A stretch of 32,000 nt of DNA. Origin: Aquifex aeolicus VF5 (GTDB taxonomy: Bacteria; Aquificota; Aquificia; Aquificales; Aquificaceae). Positions 1 to 7,946 of the stretch are shown in pieces. Both the position numbers and the translations under genes were made by a program. The stretch lies in contig NC_000918.1 in assembly GCF_000008625.1 (NCBI RefSeq), positions 690,001 through 722,000 on the forward strand, given 5' to 3'. The notes beneath the pieces were generated by a model. It worked only from the letters and a program-made list of their open reading frames with translations. It made no database searches and was not told the DNA's origin. The first letter of the stretch is position 1. Each line of letters starts with the position of its first letter.

Positions 1-1992
1 TAAATAGCTCTGGTGATTTGGTGCAATTATAAAGGGAGGCTTGGGCAGGTTTTCAAGACCTCTCACGTCTATCCTGTGGTATAGCTTGAAGTAAAGTTTT
101 AAAAGCTTTCTTCCGAGTTCAAAGATGAGGGGGTAGTGGTAAAGCTCGTAAGGCTTTGCCTTTGTGAGTATATCTTTCCAGGAAACTTCTTTAGTATCCA
201 CACTTTTTTTCTTACTGCGAACGAGTTCTATGAGGTCCTTTACCACTAAATTTTTTGACAATTCCTCTTCCGAAAGACTGACTCCGAAGTTTGTCTCTAT
301 AAATCCAAGAAGTTCTACCTTAGCAAGGGAATCAAGCCCCAAGTCAATTTCGAGGTGATCTCCGGGTTTTACTTCCTTCTGAGAAATTTTTTCAAGAAAT
401 TCCTTTATTATTCTTCCTTCCTCCGTTTCAAATACGCTGTAATCCTCCGTTTTTTCTTCTTTTATTTCTTCAGCCTTTTCGTAAATTTGCGGAAGCAAAA
501 ATCTCCTCAGTTTCCCCAGTCTAGTTTTGGGAAGTTCCGTTTTCACGATTTTGAACCCGACTACCCTCTTCCACTCCGGGAGTTCCCTGTTTACTTTGTC
601 TATTACTTCCCACTTTATCGTTTCTTCCAGATTAGTTATTCCTAATTCTTTAACTTTTTCAAAATCGGGGTAAATTAAAGCGAGGAGCTTGCCATCTTTT
701 TCAAAAACCCCGACTTCCTTTATGTATGGAGCTTTTGCAAGGATTTTACTCTCTATTTCCTCCGGGAATACGTTCTTACCGCTTCCGAGGACTATTATTT
801 CTTTCTTCCTTCCCGTTATGTATATATATCCTTCTTCGTCTATCTCTCCGAGATCTCCCGTGTAGAACCAACCGTTTATTATTACCTTTTGAGTTTCTTC
901 GGGTTTTTTCCAGTACCCCTTCATTACGTTGTCTCCGCGAACAATGATTTCCCCTTCACTCGTGGTCATCACTTCAACGCCTTTTATCGGTACACCCACC
1001 GAGCCCAGTTTTATTCTGTTCGGAGGATTAAAAGAAACTATCGGAGAGGTTTCCGTGAGTCCGTAGCCTTCTATTACGGTAAACCCGAGTGTTGTTAAGT
1101 CCTGGGCGATATCCAGAGGTAGTTTTGCCCCTCCGCTTACCATGTACTTTATCCTTCCACCAAAGGCATCGTGAACTTTTTTAAAAACCGTTTTTCTTAT
1201 TTTCTGGTTTTTAACTTTTTTCATTAATTTAAATAAATTTTTCGCGAGAACGTTTTTGTTTATCTCCTCCATAATCCTTCTGTGGAAGAGCTGGTAAAGC
1301 CTCGGAACACCTATTAAAACGGTTATCTGGTACTTCTGAAGTTTCTCGATTATGTCTTCCGGTGTTAACTTATCCAGAAAAACTACCGTTGCACCAAGGT
1401 AAAGAGGCAATAACATAGTAGTCATAAGCGGGTACATATGGTGGAAGGGGAGAATGGCGAGGGTTTTGTCTTCCTTTCCCGCTATTCCTACCTCCGATAC
1501 ACCTCTTATATTTGACATGAGGTTTTTGAAGGTAAGCATAACACCTTTTGGATTTCCCGTAGTTCCAGAGGTGTAAGGAAGAACGGCTACATCGTCTTCA
1601 TCTCTCCTCACTATACCTTCCCACGGAGTGGGTAGTACAAGGTTGTCCACGTTTACGATTTCTACTTTCAAATCTTCAGAGGCTTCCCTGACCCTCGGAT
1701 AAGTTTCATCTGAACAGAAAATTATTGAAGGTTCTGCGTCTTCAAGAATGTACCTTATCTCTTGAGGAGTTGACATAAAGTCTATGGGAACGACTATTCC
1801 ACCCTTTTTCCACGTTCCGTAAAAGGCGTAAACCCATTCGGGTCTATTTTCCATTACTATGCCTACTCTTTCGTTAGGCGTTATGTCCATTAAGTTTGCG
1901 AAAGAGGCTATATTTTCGAGGAGTTCAGCGTAGGAGATTTCGTTTCCTTGATGAATTAAAGCAGTTTTCCCGAAATCCCTCAAAAATTCCAT
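1..1992 (-). CDS. Acyl-CoA synthetase (AMP-forming) with C-terminal acyl-carrier-protein-like domain and start of a PlsC-like acyltransferase domain; partial, runs off the left edge
   Basis: Minus frame open from ATG at 1992-1990 through position 1 (not in the ORF track because it is truncated). Translation includes LPYTSGTTGNPKGVMLTF (AMP-binding motif), IDLGLDSLAKVEL (phosphopantetheine DSL motif) at about 319-360, and FIIAPNHQSYL (PlsC NHxS-type motif) at the left edge. Confidence 0.9.
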   Translation of the reverse strand, partial: MEFLRDFGKTALIHQGNEISYAELLENIASFANLMDITPNERVGIVMENRPEWVYAFYGTWKKGGIVVPIDFMSTPQEIRYILEDAEPSIIFCSDETYPRVREASEDLKVEIVNVDNLVLPTPWEGIVRRDEDDVAVLPYTSGTTGNPKGVMLTFKNLMSNIRGVSEVGIAGKEDKTLAILPFHHMYPLMTTMLLPLYLGATVVFLDKLTPEDIIEKLQKYQITVLIGVPRLYQLFHRRIMEEINKNVLAKNLFKLMKKVKNQKIRKTVFKKVHDAFGGRIKYMVSGGAKLPLDIAQDLTTLGFTVIEGYGLTETSPIVSFNPPNRIKLGSVGVPIKGVEVMTTSEGEIIVRGDNVMKGYWKKPEETQKVIINGWFYTGDLGEIDEEGYIYITGRKKEIIVLGSGKNVFPEEIESKILAKAPYIKEVGVFEKDGKLLALIYPDFEKVKELGITNLEETIKWEVIDKVNRELPEWKRVVGFKIVKTELPKTRLGKLRRFLLPQIYEKAEEIKEEKTEDYSVFETEEGRIIKEFLEKISQKEVKPGDHLEIDLGLDSLAKVELLGFIETNFGVSLSEEELSKNLVVKDLIELVRSKKKSVDTKEVSWKDILTKAKPYELYHYPLIFELGRKLLKLYFKLYHRIDVRGLENLPKPPFIIAPNHQSYL

Positions 1993-2062
1993 ATAAATAC
2001 TTTAAAGCTAAATCTGGATAAGAAAAGTTATGCGAGAAAGAGAAACGATAGCGTATTTCCAA

Positions 2063-2224
2063 GGAACAATCCCTTATTGTTAGGGCGTAACTGACACCAG
2101 CAGGTCCTATCACAAGTCCCATCAAAAGGTCGCAATCCCTCACTATTAGGGCGTAACCGGTCCAAGTTGTTCCATCAGAAGAAACAGAAATGGTGTCGCA
2201 ATCCCTCACTATTAGGGCGTAACC
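2063..2224 (-). CRISPR. Mini CRISPR array: 3 repeats of about 30 bp, 2 spacers of 36 bp, exact 66-bp period
   Basis: Repeats at 2063-2092 (degenerate), 2129-2158 and 2195-2224. The last two are identical: GTCGCAATCCCTCACTATTAGGGCGTAACC. Minus orientation reads GGTTACGCCCTAATAGTGAGGGATTGCGAC, with an ATTGCGAC end resembling many CRISPR repeats. The two spacers differ. The degenerate copy would be the distal end of a minus-oriented array. Confidence 0.88.
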
Positions 2225-2464
2225 CTGCGTGCCTGTGTCTAAAAAATAACGCTTTATCAACAACTTATTAGACACCCGATCCTCCCGAAACGAATGTTAA
2301 TTTCCGCTAACCCGAGGTTCCGCAAACTTGAGCATACCTTTATAAAATTTCCATCCTTGATTTTCAATCCCTTAAAGCTTATTGCATCATGATTTCATCT
2401 CATCACGCCCTCAAAACATCACTCGTTAAGACCCATAAACCATATTCACTTGCCAAGGAGCCCG

Positions 2465-2484
2465 AAAGCCCTCAGCAGGGCTTT
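2465..2484 (-). terminator. Perfect hairpin just downstream of the mot operon; candidate terminator
   Basis: AAAGCCC-TCAGCA-GGGCTTT, 7-bp arms, 6-nt loop, about 12 nt past the motB2 stop. No strong U tract. Confidence 0.5.
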
Positions 2485-2495
2485 AAATTATTATA

Positions 2496-3170
2496 CTACT
2501 TCTTTTCTCTCTTTACGTAAATGTTTATCTCCACTCTGTTGTTCCTTTCAATCAGGACGCTCTGGCGCCACCTGTAAAGGGGACGTTTGTCGCCGTAGGA
2601 TACCGCAACGAGTTTATCGTGGGGAACGCCTCTGTTTTCGAGGTAACGGATAACTTCGGTTGCCCTTCTGCCCGCGAGTTCCCACTTGTTTCTAATAATT
2701 GGATTTTTTATTTCTACCGTAGGGCCAACGTGCCCTTCCACCCTTATACTGGAAATTTCGTCAGAAAGAGCTATCAAAAGAGGGGCTATTTCTTCAAGGG
2801 TTTTTCTTCCCTTTTCTGTTAACTTATAATCGCCGTTTTCAAAGAAAATCCTGTCAAAAAGTCTGAGTTTTATGTATTCTTCCGCAACTACAACCTGATA
2901 AGCCCAGGGAGGCAAAACCTTACTTATACGTTTTTTTATCTTGACCGCGTAATCCTTCGGATGAGTAATAGGAGGGACAACGGAATTCTTAGGAGGATAA
3001 AGTTCTGGATTTTTCCTGAAGTAAGATAAAAACTTTTCAAGGGCGGGTATCTCAAGGGTACTCATGGCGTACAAGAGTATGAAAAATGTAAGAAGCAGGG
3101 ACATTAAGTCGGAAAAGGAAGTGAGCCAAGCTGGCGGTTTTGGACACTCTTCCTTCTTCTTGTAAGCCAT
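2496..3170 (-). CDS. motB: Flagellar motor stator protein MotB (second copy)
   Basis: 224 aa; N-terminal KPPAWLTSFSDLMSLLLTFFILLYAMS (single TM with the stator Asp), C-terminal OmpA-like peptidoglycan-binding region. Confidence 0.93.
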   Translation of the reverse strand: MAYKKKEECPKPPAWLTSFSDLMSLLLTFFILLYAMSTLEIPALEKFLSYFRKNPELYPPKNSVVPPITHPKDYAVKIKKRISKVLPPWAYQVVVAEEYIKLRLFDRIFFENGDYKLTEKGRKTLEEIAPLLIALSDEISSIRVEGHVGPTVEIKNPIIRNKWELAGRRATEVIRYLENRGVPHDKLVAVSYGDKRPLYRWRQSVLIERNNRVEINIYVKREKK

Positions 3171-3180
3171 GTTTCCCTCC

Positions 3181-3888
3181 TCAGGGAAGGAGCTTTACGC
3201 AGAACTCCACTCTCCTGTTTTTTTGCCTGCCCTGTGGTGTGTCGTTGCTCGCTATCGGCTTTGTGTCCGCGTAGCCAAGGGCACTGAGTTTGTCCGAAGG
3301 GTAACCGCATTCTTTTTCAAAGACCTCTATTACGCTTATTGCCCTTGCCATAGAGAGTTCCCAGTTGCTGGGAAATCTCGGCGTGCTTATGGGTCTGTTG
3401 TCAGTATGACCTTCTATATCCACGGGTAATGCGTAAGGTTTTAACTTGTAGCAAAGACCGAGTATAAGCCCCTTTGCTTCCTTCATGAGTGTGTCCTCGC
3501 CGGGTGGGAAAAACTTATCCGTGTTTACACGTATCCTCAAACACTCACCTGTTAGGGCGTAATCGCTCCATATGCCTCTTTTGCTCATCTCGGCCTTTAT
3601 CTCCTGAGCTACTTTCTTGAGTTCCTTGTACTTTATTTTCCGAAAGTGAAAGTTCTCCATAGGTATTTCTATCCTTCTACCTTCAGGCATAGTTCCTTCT
3701 TCAAAGACTACGGACTGCGCCCCGAAGGCTGAAACTATTCCCTTCAGAACCTGATAAAACTTCTCAAGGGAGATTATGCTCATGGAGTAGAGAAGGATAA
3801 AGAAGGTAAGTAGGAGTGACATGAGGTCTCCAAAAGACGTGAGCCATGCGGGCGGTTTTGGACATTCCTCCTTTTTCTTGTAAGCCAT
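3181..3888 (-). CDS. motB: Flagellar motor stator protein MotB (first copy)
   Basis: 235 aa; MAYKKKEECPKPPAWLTSFGDLMSLLLTFFILLYSMS; OmpA-like VDIEGHTDNRPISTPRFPSNWELSMARA. Confidence 0.95.
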   Translation of the reverse strand: MAYKKKEECPKPPAWLTSFGDLMSLLLTFFILLYSMSIISLEKFYQVLKGIVSAFGAQSVVFEEGTMPEGRRIEIPMENFHFRKIKYKELKKVAQEIKAEMSKRGIWSDYALTGECLRIRVNTDKFFPPGEDTLMKEAKGLILGLCYKLKPYALPVDIEGHTDNRPISTPRFPSNWELSMARAISVIEVFEKECGYPSDKLSALGYADTKPIASNDTPQGRQKNRRVEFCVKLLP

Positions 3889-3891
3889 CCG

Positions 3892-4656
3892 TTAAACCTC
3901 TTCGGGCAGTTCAACGCCGAGCATAATGGCGGCTTCCTGCTTGACGACGTTTGGATTTTCTCCCTTCTGTATCTTTTCAATAGCCTCTATGTAAATGGTC
4001 TTTACGAGAACTTCCATGTCCTTTGCTTTTTTGAGTTTGTTTGCCACGGGAATTGCAAAAGCGTTTGCGAGGATTGCACCGTAAAGGGTCGTTATCAAAG
4101 CAACTGCCATACCGGGCCCAAGAGCGGAAGGGTCGTTTAAGTTCCTGAGCATCTGTATAAGACCTATCAGCGTTCCTATCATACCGAAGGCGGGGAAAAG
4201 GTCTGCGAGCTTTTCCCACACCGCGACTTCCGTTGACATCTTTTCGTCCAGTTGTGCCAGCGCCATCTCAGCTGTGGCCTTTATGTCGTTTATGTCTATG
4301 CCGTCCACGAGCATTCTTATCATGTCTCCCAGAAGCGGATCTTTCTGGTAGTAAAGTTCTATGTCTCCCTCAAGGGCGAGTATCCCTTCCTTCCTCACCT
4401 TTGAAGCTATCTCACCAATCGTCTCTATAACGTCGTTGAGGTCGGGAGGTTTCCAGAGGAACGCCTTTTTTATAGCGAGAACGCCCCTTATAAAGTCCTT
4501 TAAGGGAAATGCTCCCATGGCGGCGGCCATACCACCGCCAACGACGATGAAGATTGAAGGAACGTTTATGAACGCAGTTATACTTCCGCCTATTAAAATA
4601 GATATGAGTATGAGTAAGAAGGCAGCGATAATACCTATAATCGTTCCTACGTCCAT
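3892..4656 (-). CDS. motA: Flagellar motor stator protein MotA
   Basis: 254 aa, MDVGTIIGIIAAFLLILISILIGG...; FPAFGMIGTLIGLIQMLRNLNDPSALGPGMAVALITTLYGAILAN is MotA/TolQ-type. Confidence 0.96.
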   Translation of the reverse strand: MDVGTIIGIIAAFLLILISILIGGSITAFINVPSIFIVVGGGMAAAMGAFPLKDFIRGVLAIKKAFLWKPPDLNDVIETIGEIASKVRKEGILALEGDIELYYQKDPLLGDMIRMLVDGIDINDIKATAEMALAQLDEKMSTEVAVWEKLADLFPAFGMIGTLIGLIQMLRNLNDPSALGPGMAVALITTLYGAILANAFAIPVANKLKKAKDMEVLVKTIYIEAIEKIQKGENPNVVKQEAAIMLGVELPEEV

Positions 4657-4698
4657 TTCTAAATAAATTTATCGGATTTCCTTTTTAAAATTTAAATT

Positions 4699-5013
4699 AT
4701 GAACGGATACTACGTAGTTTTAATAACCGTGCCCGTGGACAAAGGGGAGGAGCTTTCAAACTTTATAGTGGAGAATAAACTCGGAGCATGCGTTAACGTT
4801 GTTCCGGAAGTTAACTCCGTTTACTGGTGGAAAGGGAATATTGAAAAGGACAAGGAAGCCCTTCTCGTGGTAAAGACCTCCGCACAGAAGTTCAAGGAAT
4901 TATTGGAGAAGGTAAAGAGCGTTCATCCCTACACTGTTCCCGAAATAATAGCCCTTCCGATACTTGCAGGAAATCCAGATTATCTAAACTGGATTGAGGA
5001 CAGCCTTAAATGA
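4699..5013 (+). CDS. cutA: CutA-type divalent cation tolerance protein
   Basis: 104 aa; GACVNVVPEVNSVYWWKGNIEKDKEALLVVKTS and HPYTVPEIIALPI motifs. Confidence 0.95.
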   Translation: MNGYYVVLITVPVDKGEELSNFIVENKLGACVNVVPEVNSVYWWKGNIEKDKEALLVVKTSAQKFKELLEKVKSVHPYTVPEIIALPILAGNPDYLNWIEDSLK

Positions 5014-7946
5014 GACCTCTAAAGCTTGAAGTAAAGGGCTTTACCGTTTACAAAAAGCCACAGGTAATAGACTTCACTCCCTTGAAGTTCTTCGTCATAC
5101 AAGGGAAAACGGGAGCGGGAAAGACGAGCATAATAGACGCAATCACCTACGCTCTCTACGGAAAAGTGCCGAGGTACGGGGCAAGCGTTGCAACGAAGTA
5201 CGTCCTTTCCCGTGGAGAAAAAGAGTTAAAGGTAGCCCTCGACTTTTCCCTGAGGGGGAGAAATTACAGGGTTGAGAGGTATTACAGGGAGTTCCCAGAG
5301 GACTCTCAGGTAAGGGTGTACGAGGAGGGAAGAAGGCTAAACATAAAAGCCAACGAGGTGGAAAAGTGGCTCTTTAAGATTTCAGGGCTCGATTACAAGA
5401 CCTTCACAAAAGTAATACTCCTTCCACAGGGGGAGTTTGACAGATTTTTAAAGGAGTCCTCCGAGAGAAAGAAAATACTCATAAACCTCCTCGGACTGGA
5501 AGAACTTGAAAAAGTAAGACAACTCGCAAGCGAAACCTTCAAGAACTTAGAGGGAAAGAGGGAAGCCCTAAAGAAAGAGTACGAACTCCTCAAAGACTAC
5601 ACACCAACAAAAAAAGAAGTTCTGGAAAAAACCCTGAAAAATTTAGAAGAAGAACTGAAAGAACTGAAGGAAACGGAGGAAAAATTAAGGCAGGAACTCA
5701 AAAAAGCGGAAGAAAAAGATAGCCTTGAAAGGGAACTTTCTCAAGTTGTGACAAAATTAAAGGAACTGGAAAATTTAGAAAAAGAAGTAGAAAAACTAAG
5801 GGAAAAGTTAGAATTCTCAAGAAAGGTAGCTCCTTACGTTCCCATAGCGAAGAGGATTGAGGAAATAGACAAAAAATTAACGGAATTGAAGGTCAGGAAA
5901 AATAAACTCACCAAGGAGCTCGCAGTTTTAAAAGATGAACTTTCCTTTGCACAGGAAGAATTAAACAGGATTGAAGCGGAAAAGGAGAAGTTCAAGGAAG
6001 AAAAGGAAAGGGAAAAGGAACTGGAGCACAGGCTTAAAAAACTGCAGGAAATAAAGGAAATCTTAAAGGAACTCTCTCAACTCTCATCAAGCTTGAAGGA
6101 AAAAGAAAGAGAATACGAACAGGCGAAGCAAGAGTTTGAGGATTTATCCGAGAGGGTGGAAAAGGGGAAAAAACTCGTTGCTGAAACCGAAGAAAAACTT
6201 GAAAAGATAAAGGAACTTTTCTCTGAAGAGGAATACACGAGCTTAAAAATGAAAGAAAGACTCCTCGTTGAACTTCAAAGAAAGTTAAAGGAACTAAAAG
6301 AAAAGGAAGGACAACTGGAAAATTTAACGCAAAAATACAAAGAAAAGAAAAAAGTTCACGAAAAAGTTTTAAATGAATTGAAAGAGCTTGAAAGGGAGTT
6401 AAAGGAAAGGGAACTCCACTACCACGCTCACATGGTAGCCAGCTATCTCTCTCCCGGAGATACGTGTCCCGTTTGCGGAGGAATATACAGGGGAAAGGCT
6501 CTGGAAAACGTGGACGCGGAAGGCATATCCGAACTGAAGCACGCTAAGGAACTGAAGGAAAAAGAAGAGAGGGAAATCGACACAACTCTGAAACTCTACG
6601 CCCAGAAGATTAATTCCTTAAAAGAGGAAATGGAGAAGTTAAGGAATGAGGTGGAGGAACTCAGGAAAGAAATCCCTGAAAACCTTAAAGAAAGGATAAA
6701 GAAACTTGAAGAATTAAGAATTGAAAAGGAGAAATTAGAACATAAACTGAATAAGTACAGAAAGGCTTTAGAAGATAGACAAAAGCAAAAGGAAGAAGCA
6801 CAGGCAAAACTCCACAAAGCTCAAACAGAATTAGAACTCCTGAAGGAGAAAATAAGGGAAAAGAGTAGGCTCGTTAAGGAATTTAAAGAACTCTACCGTG
6901 TTGAAAGACTAGAAGACTACGAAGAAAGCTTAAAGGAGGAGATAAATTACATTAACTCAAAACTTCAGGAAATTGAAGAAAAGGAAAAGAAACTCAGGAA
7001 ACACTTTGAAGAACTCAGCTCCAGAAAGTCAAAGCTGGAAGGAGAACTCTCTGCCTTGAACGAAAGCATAAACTCCTTAGAAGAAGAGAGAAAGGAAAAA
7101 CTGAAGGAACTCGCAAACATTTACGAGGTCGCAAAATCTCCTAGGGAAGTTGTAGAGCTTTACCTCGGAGACAAAGAAGCGGAGCTTGAGAGGAAGATAA
7201 AGGAGTTTGAGGAAAGTTTTCAGTCTCTTAAACTCAAAAAGTCGGAAATTGAAGAAAAGCTTAAAGAATACGAAGGTATAAGGGAGTTAAGCGATATAAA
7301 AGGAGAGTACGAAAGTGTAAAAACGCAATTAGAAGAAAAACACAAAAAGCTCGGAGAGGTTAAAAGGGAGCTTGAACACCTCGGAGAAAGGCTCAAGAGA
7401 AAGGAGGAGCTCCAGAAGGAGATTTCCGAACTTGAAAAGAAGTTAGAAGTATACAGAGTGATAAGCAATGACTTCCGGGGAGACAGGTTCCAGAAGTACG
7501 TCTCGGAGATAATGCTCCAGAAGGTTGTAGACAGGGCGAGTGAGTACTTCTACAAATTTACGGGAAATTACTTCTTTGAGCTCGAAAGGGCGACGAAGGG
7601 AAGGGACAAGGACATAGTAGTTGTTGAGAGTTCTACGAGCCAGAGGAGACCGGTGAGCAGTCTGAGCGGTGGAGAGACCTTTTTGGCTAGCCTTTCCTTT
7701 GCCTTTGCGGTAAGCGATCTGCTTTCTGGAAGTGCAAACCTCGAGAGCCTCTTCATAGACGAAGGGTTCGGAAGTCTTGACCAGGACATGAGGGAGAGGG
7801 TAAGCGAAATTCTGGAAGCCATAAAGACAAACGTGAACAAGATGATAGGTATAGTCTCTCACATTCCGGACTTTGCGGAGAGATTTACGGAAAGGATAGT
7901 GGTGGAAAAGAAAGGGGACTACTCGGAAGTAAGGGTTATTTACTAA
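5010..7946 (+). CDS. sbcC: SbcC/Rad50-type SMC-like ATPase
   Basis: 978 aa; Walker A GKTGAGKTSI, long coiled coil, zinc hook DTCPVCGG, C-terminal LSGGETFLASLSFAFAVSDLL and LFIDEGFGSLD. Confidence 0.95.
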   Translation: MRPLKLEVKGFTVYKKPQVIDFTPLKFFVIQGKTGAGKTSIIDAITYALYGKVPRYGASVATKYVLSRGEKELKVALDFSLRGRNYRVERYYREFPEDSQVRVYEEGRRLNIKANEVEKWLFKISGLDYKTFTKVILLPQGEFDRFLKESSERKKILINLLGLEELEKVRQLASETFKNLEGKREALKKEYELLKDYTPTKKEVLEKTLKNLEEELKELKETEEKLRQELKKAEEKDSLERELSQVVTKLKELENLEKEVEKLREKLEFSRKVAPYVPIAKRIEEIDKKLTELKVRKNKLTKELAVLKDELSFAQEELNRIEAEKEKFKEEKEREKELEHRLKKLQEIKEILKELSQLSSSLKEKEREYEQAKQEFEDLSERVEKGKKLVAETEEKLEKIKELFSEEEYTSLKMKERLLVELQRKLKELKEKEGQLENLTQKYKEKKKVHEKVLNELKELERELKERELHYHAHMVASYLSPGDTCPVCGGIYRGKALENVDAEGISELKHAKELKEKEEREIDTTLKLYAQKINSLKEEMEKLRNEVEELRKEIPENLKERIKKLEELRIEKEKLEHKLNKYRKALEDRQKQKEEAQAKLHKAQTELELLKEKIREKSRLVKEFKELYRVERLEDYEESLKEEINYINSKLQEIEEKEKKLRKHFEELSSRKSKLEGELSALNESINSLEEERKEKLKELANIYEVAKSPREVVELYLGDKEAELERKIKEFEESFQSLKLKKSEIEEKLKEYEGIRELSDIKGEYESVKTQLEEKHKKLGEVKRELEHLGERLKRKEELQKEISELEKKLEVYRVISNDFRGDRFQKYVSEIMLQKVVDRASEYFYKFTGNYFFELERATKGRDKDIVVVESSTSQRRPVSSLSGGETFLASLSFAFAVSDLLSGSANLESLFIDEGFGSLDQDMRERVSEILEAIKTNVNKMIGIVSHIPDFAERFTERIVVEKKGDYSEVRVIY

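Noticed and set aside
1925-2275. ORF of 116 aa on the minus strand with repeated GYALIVRDCD peptides
   Set aside because: It is a translation through the CRISPR repeats (66-bp period is a multiple of 3) and overlaps the start of the ligase gene; no independent coding evidence.
7443-7862. 139-aa minus ORF and others (5393-5593, 6596-6817, 7220-7468, 7568-7840) inside sbcC
   Set aside because: Antisense to a well-supported SbcC/Rad50 coding sequence.
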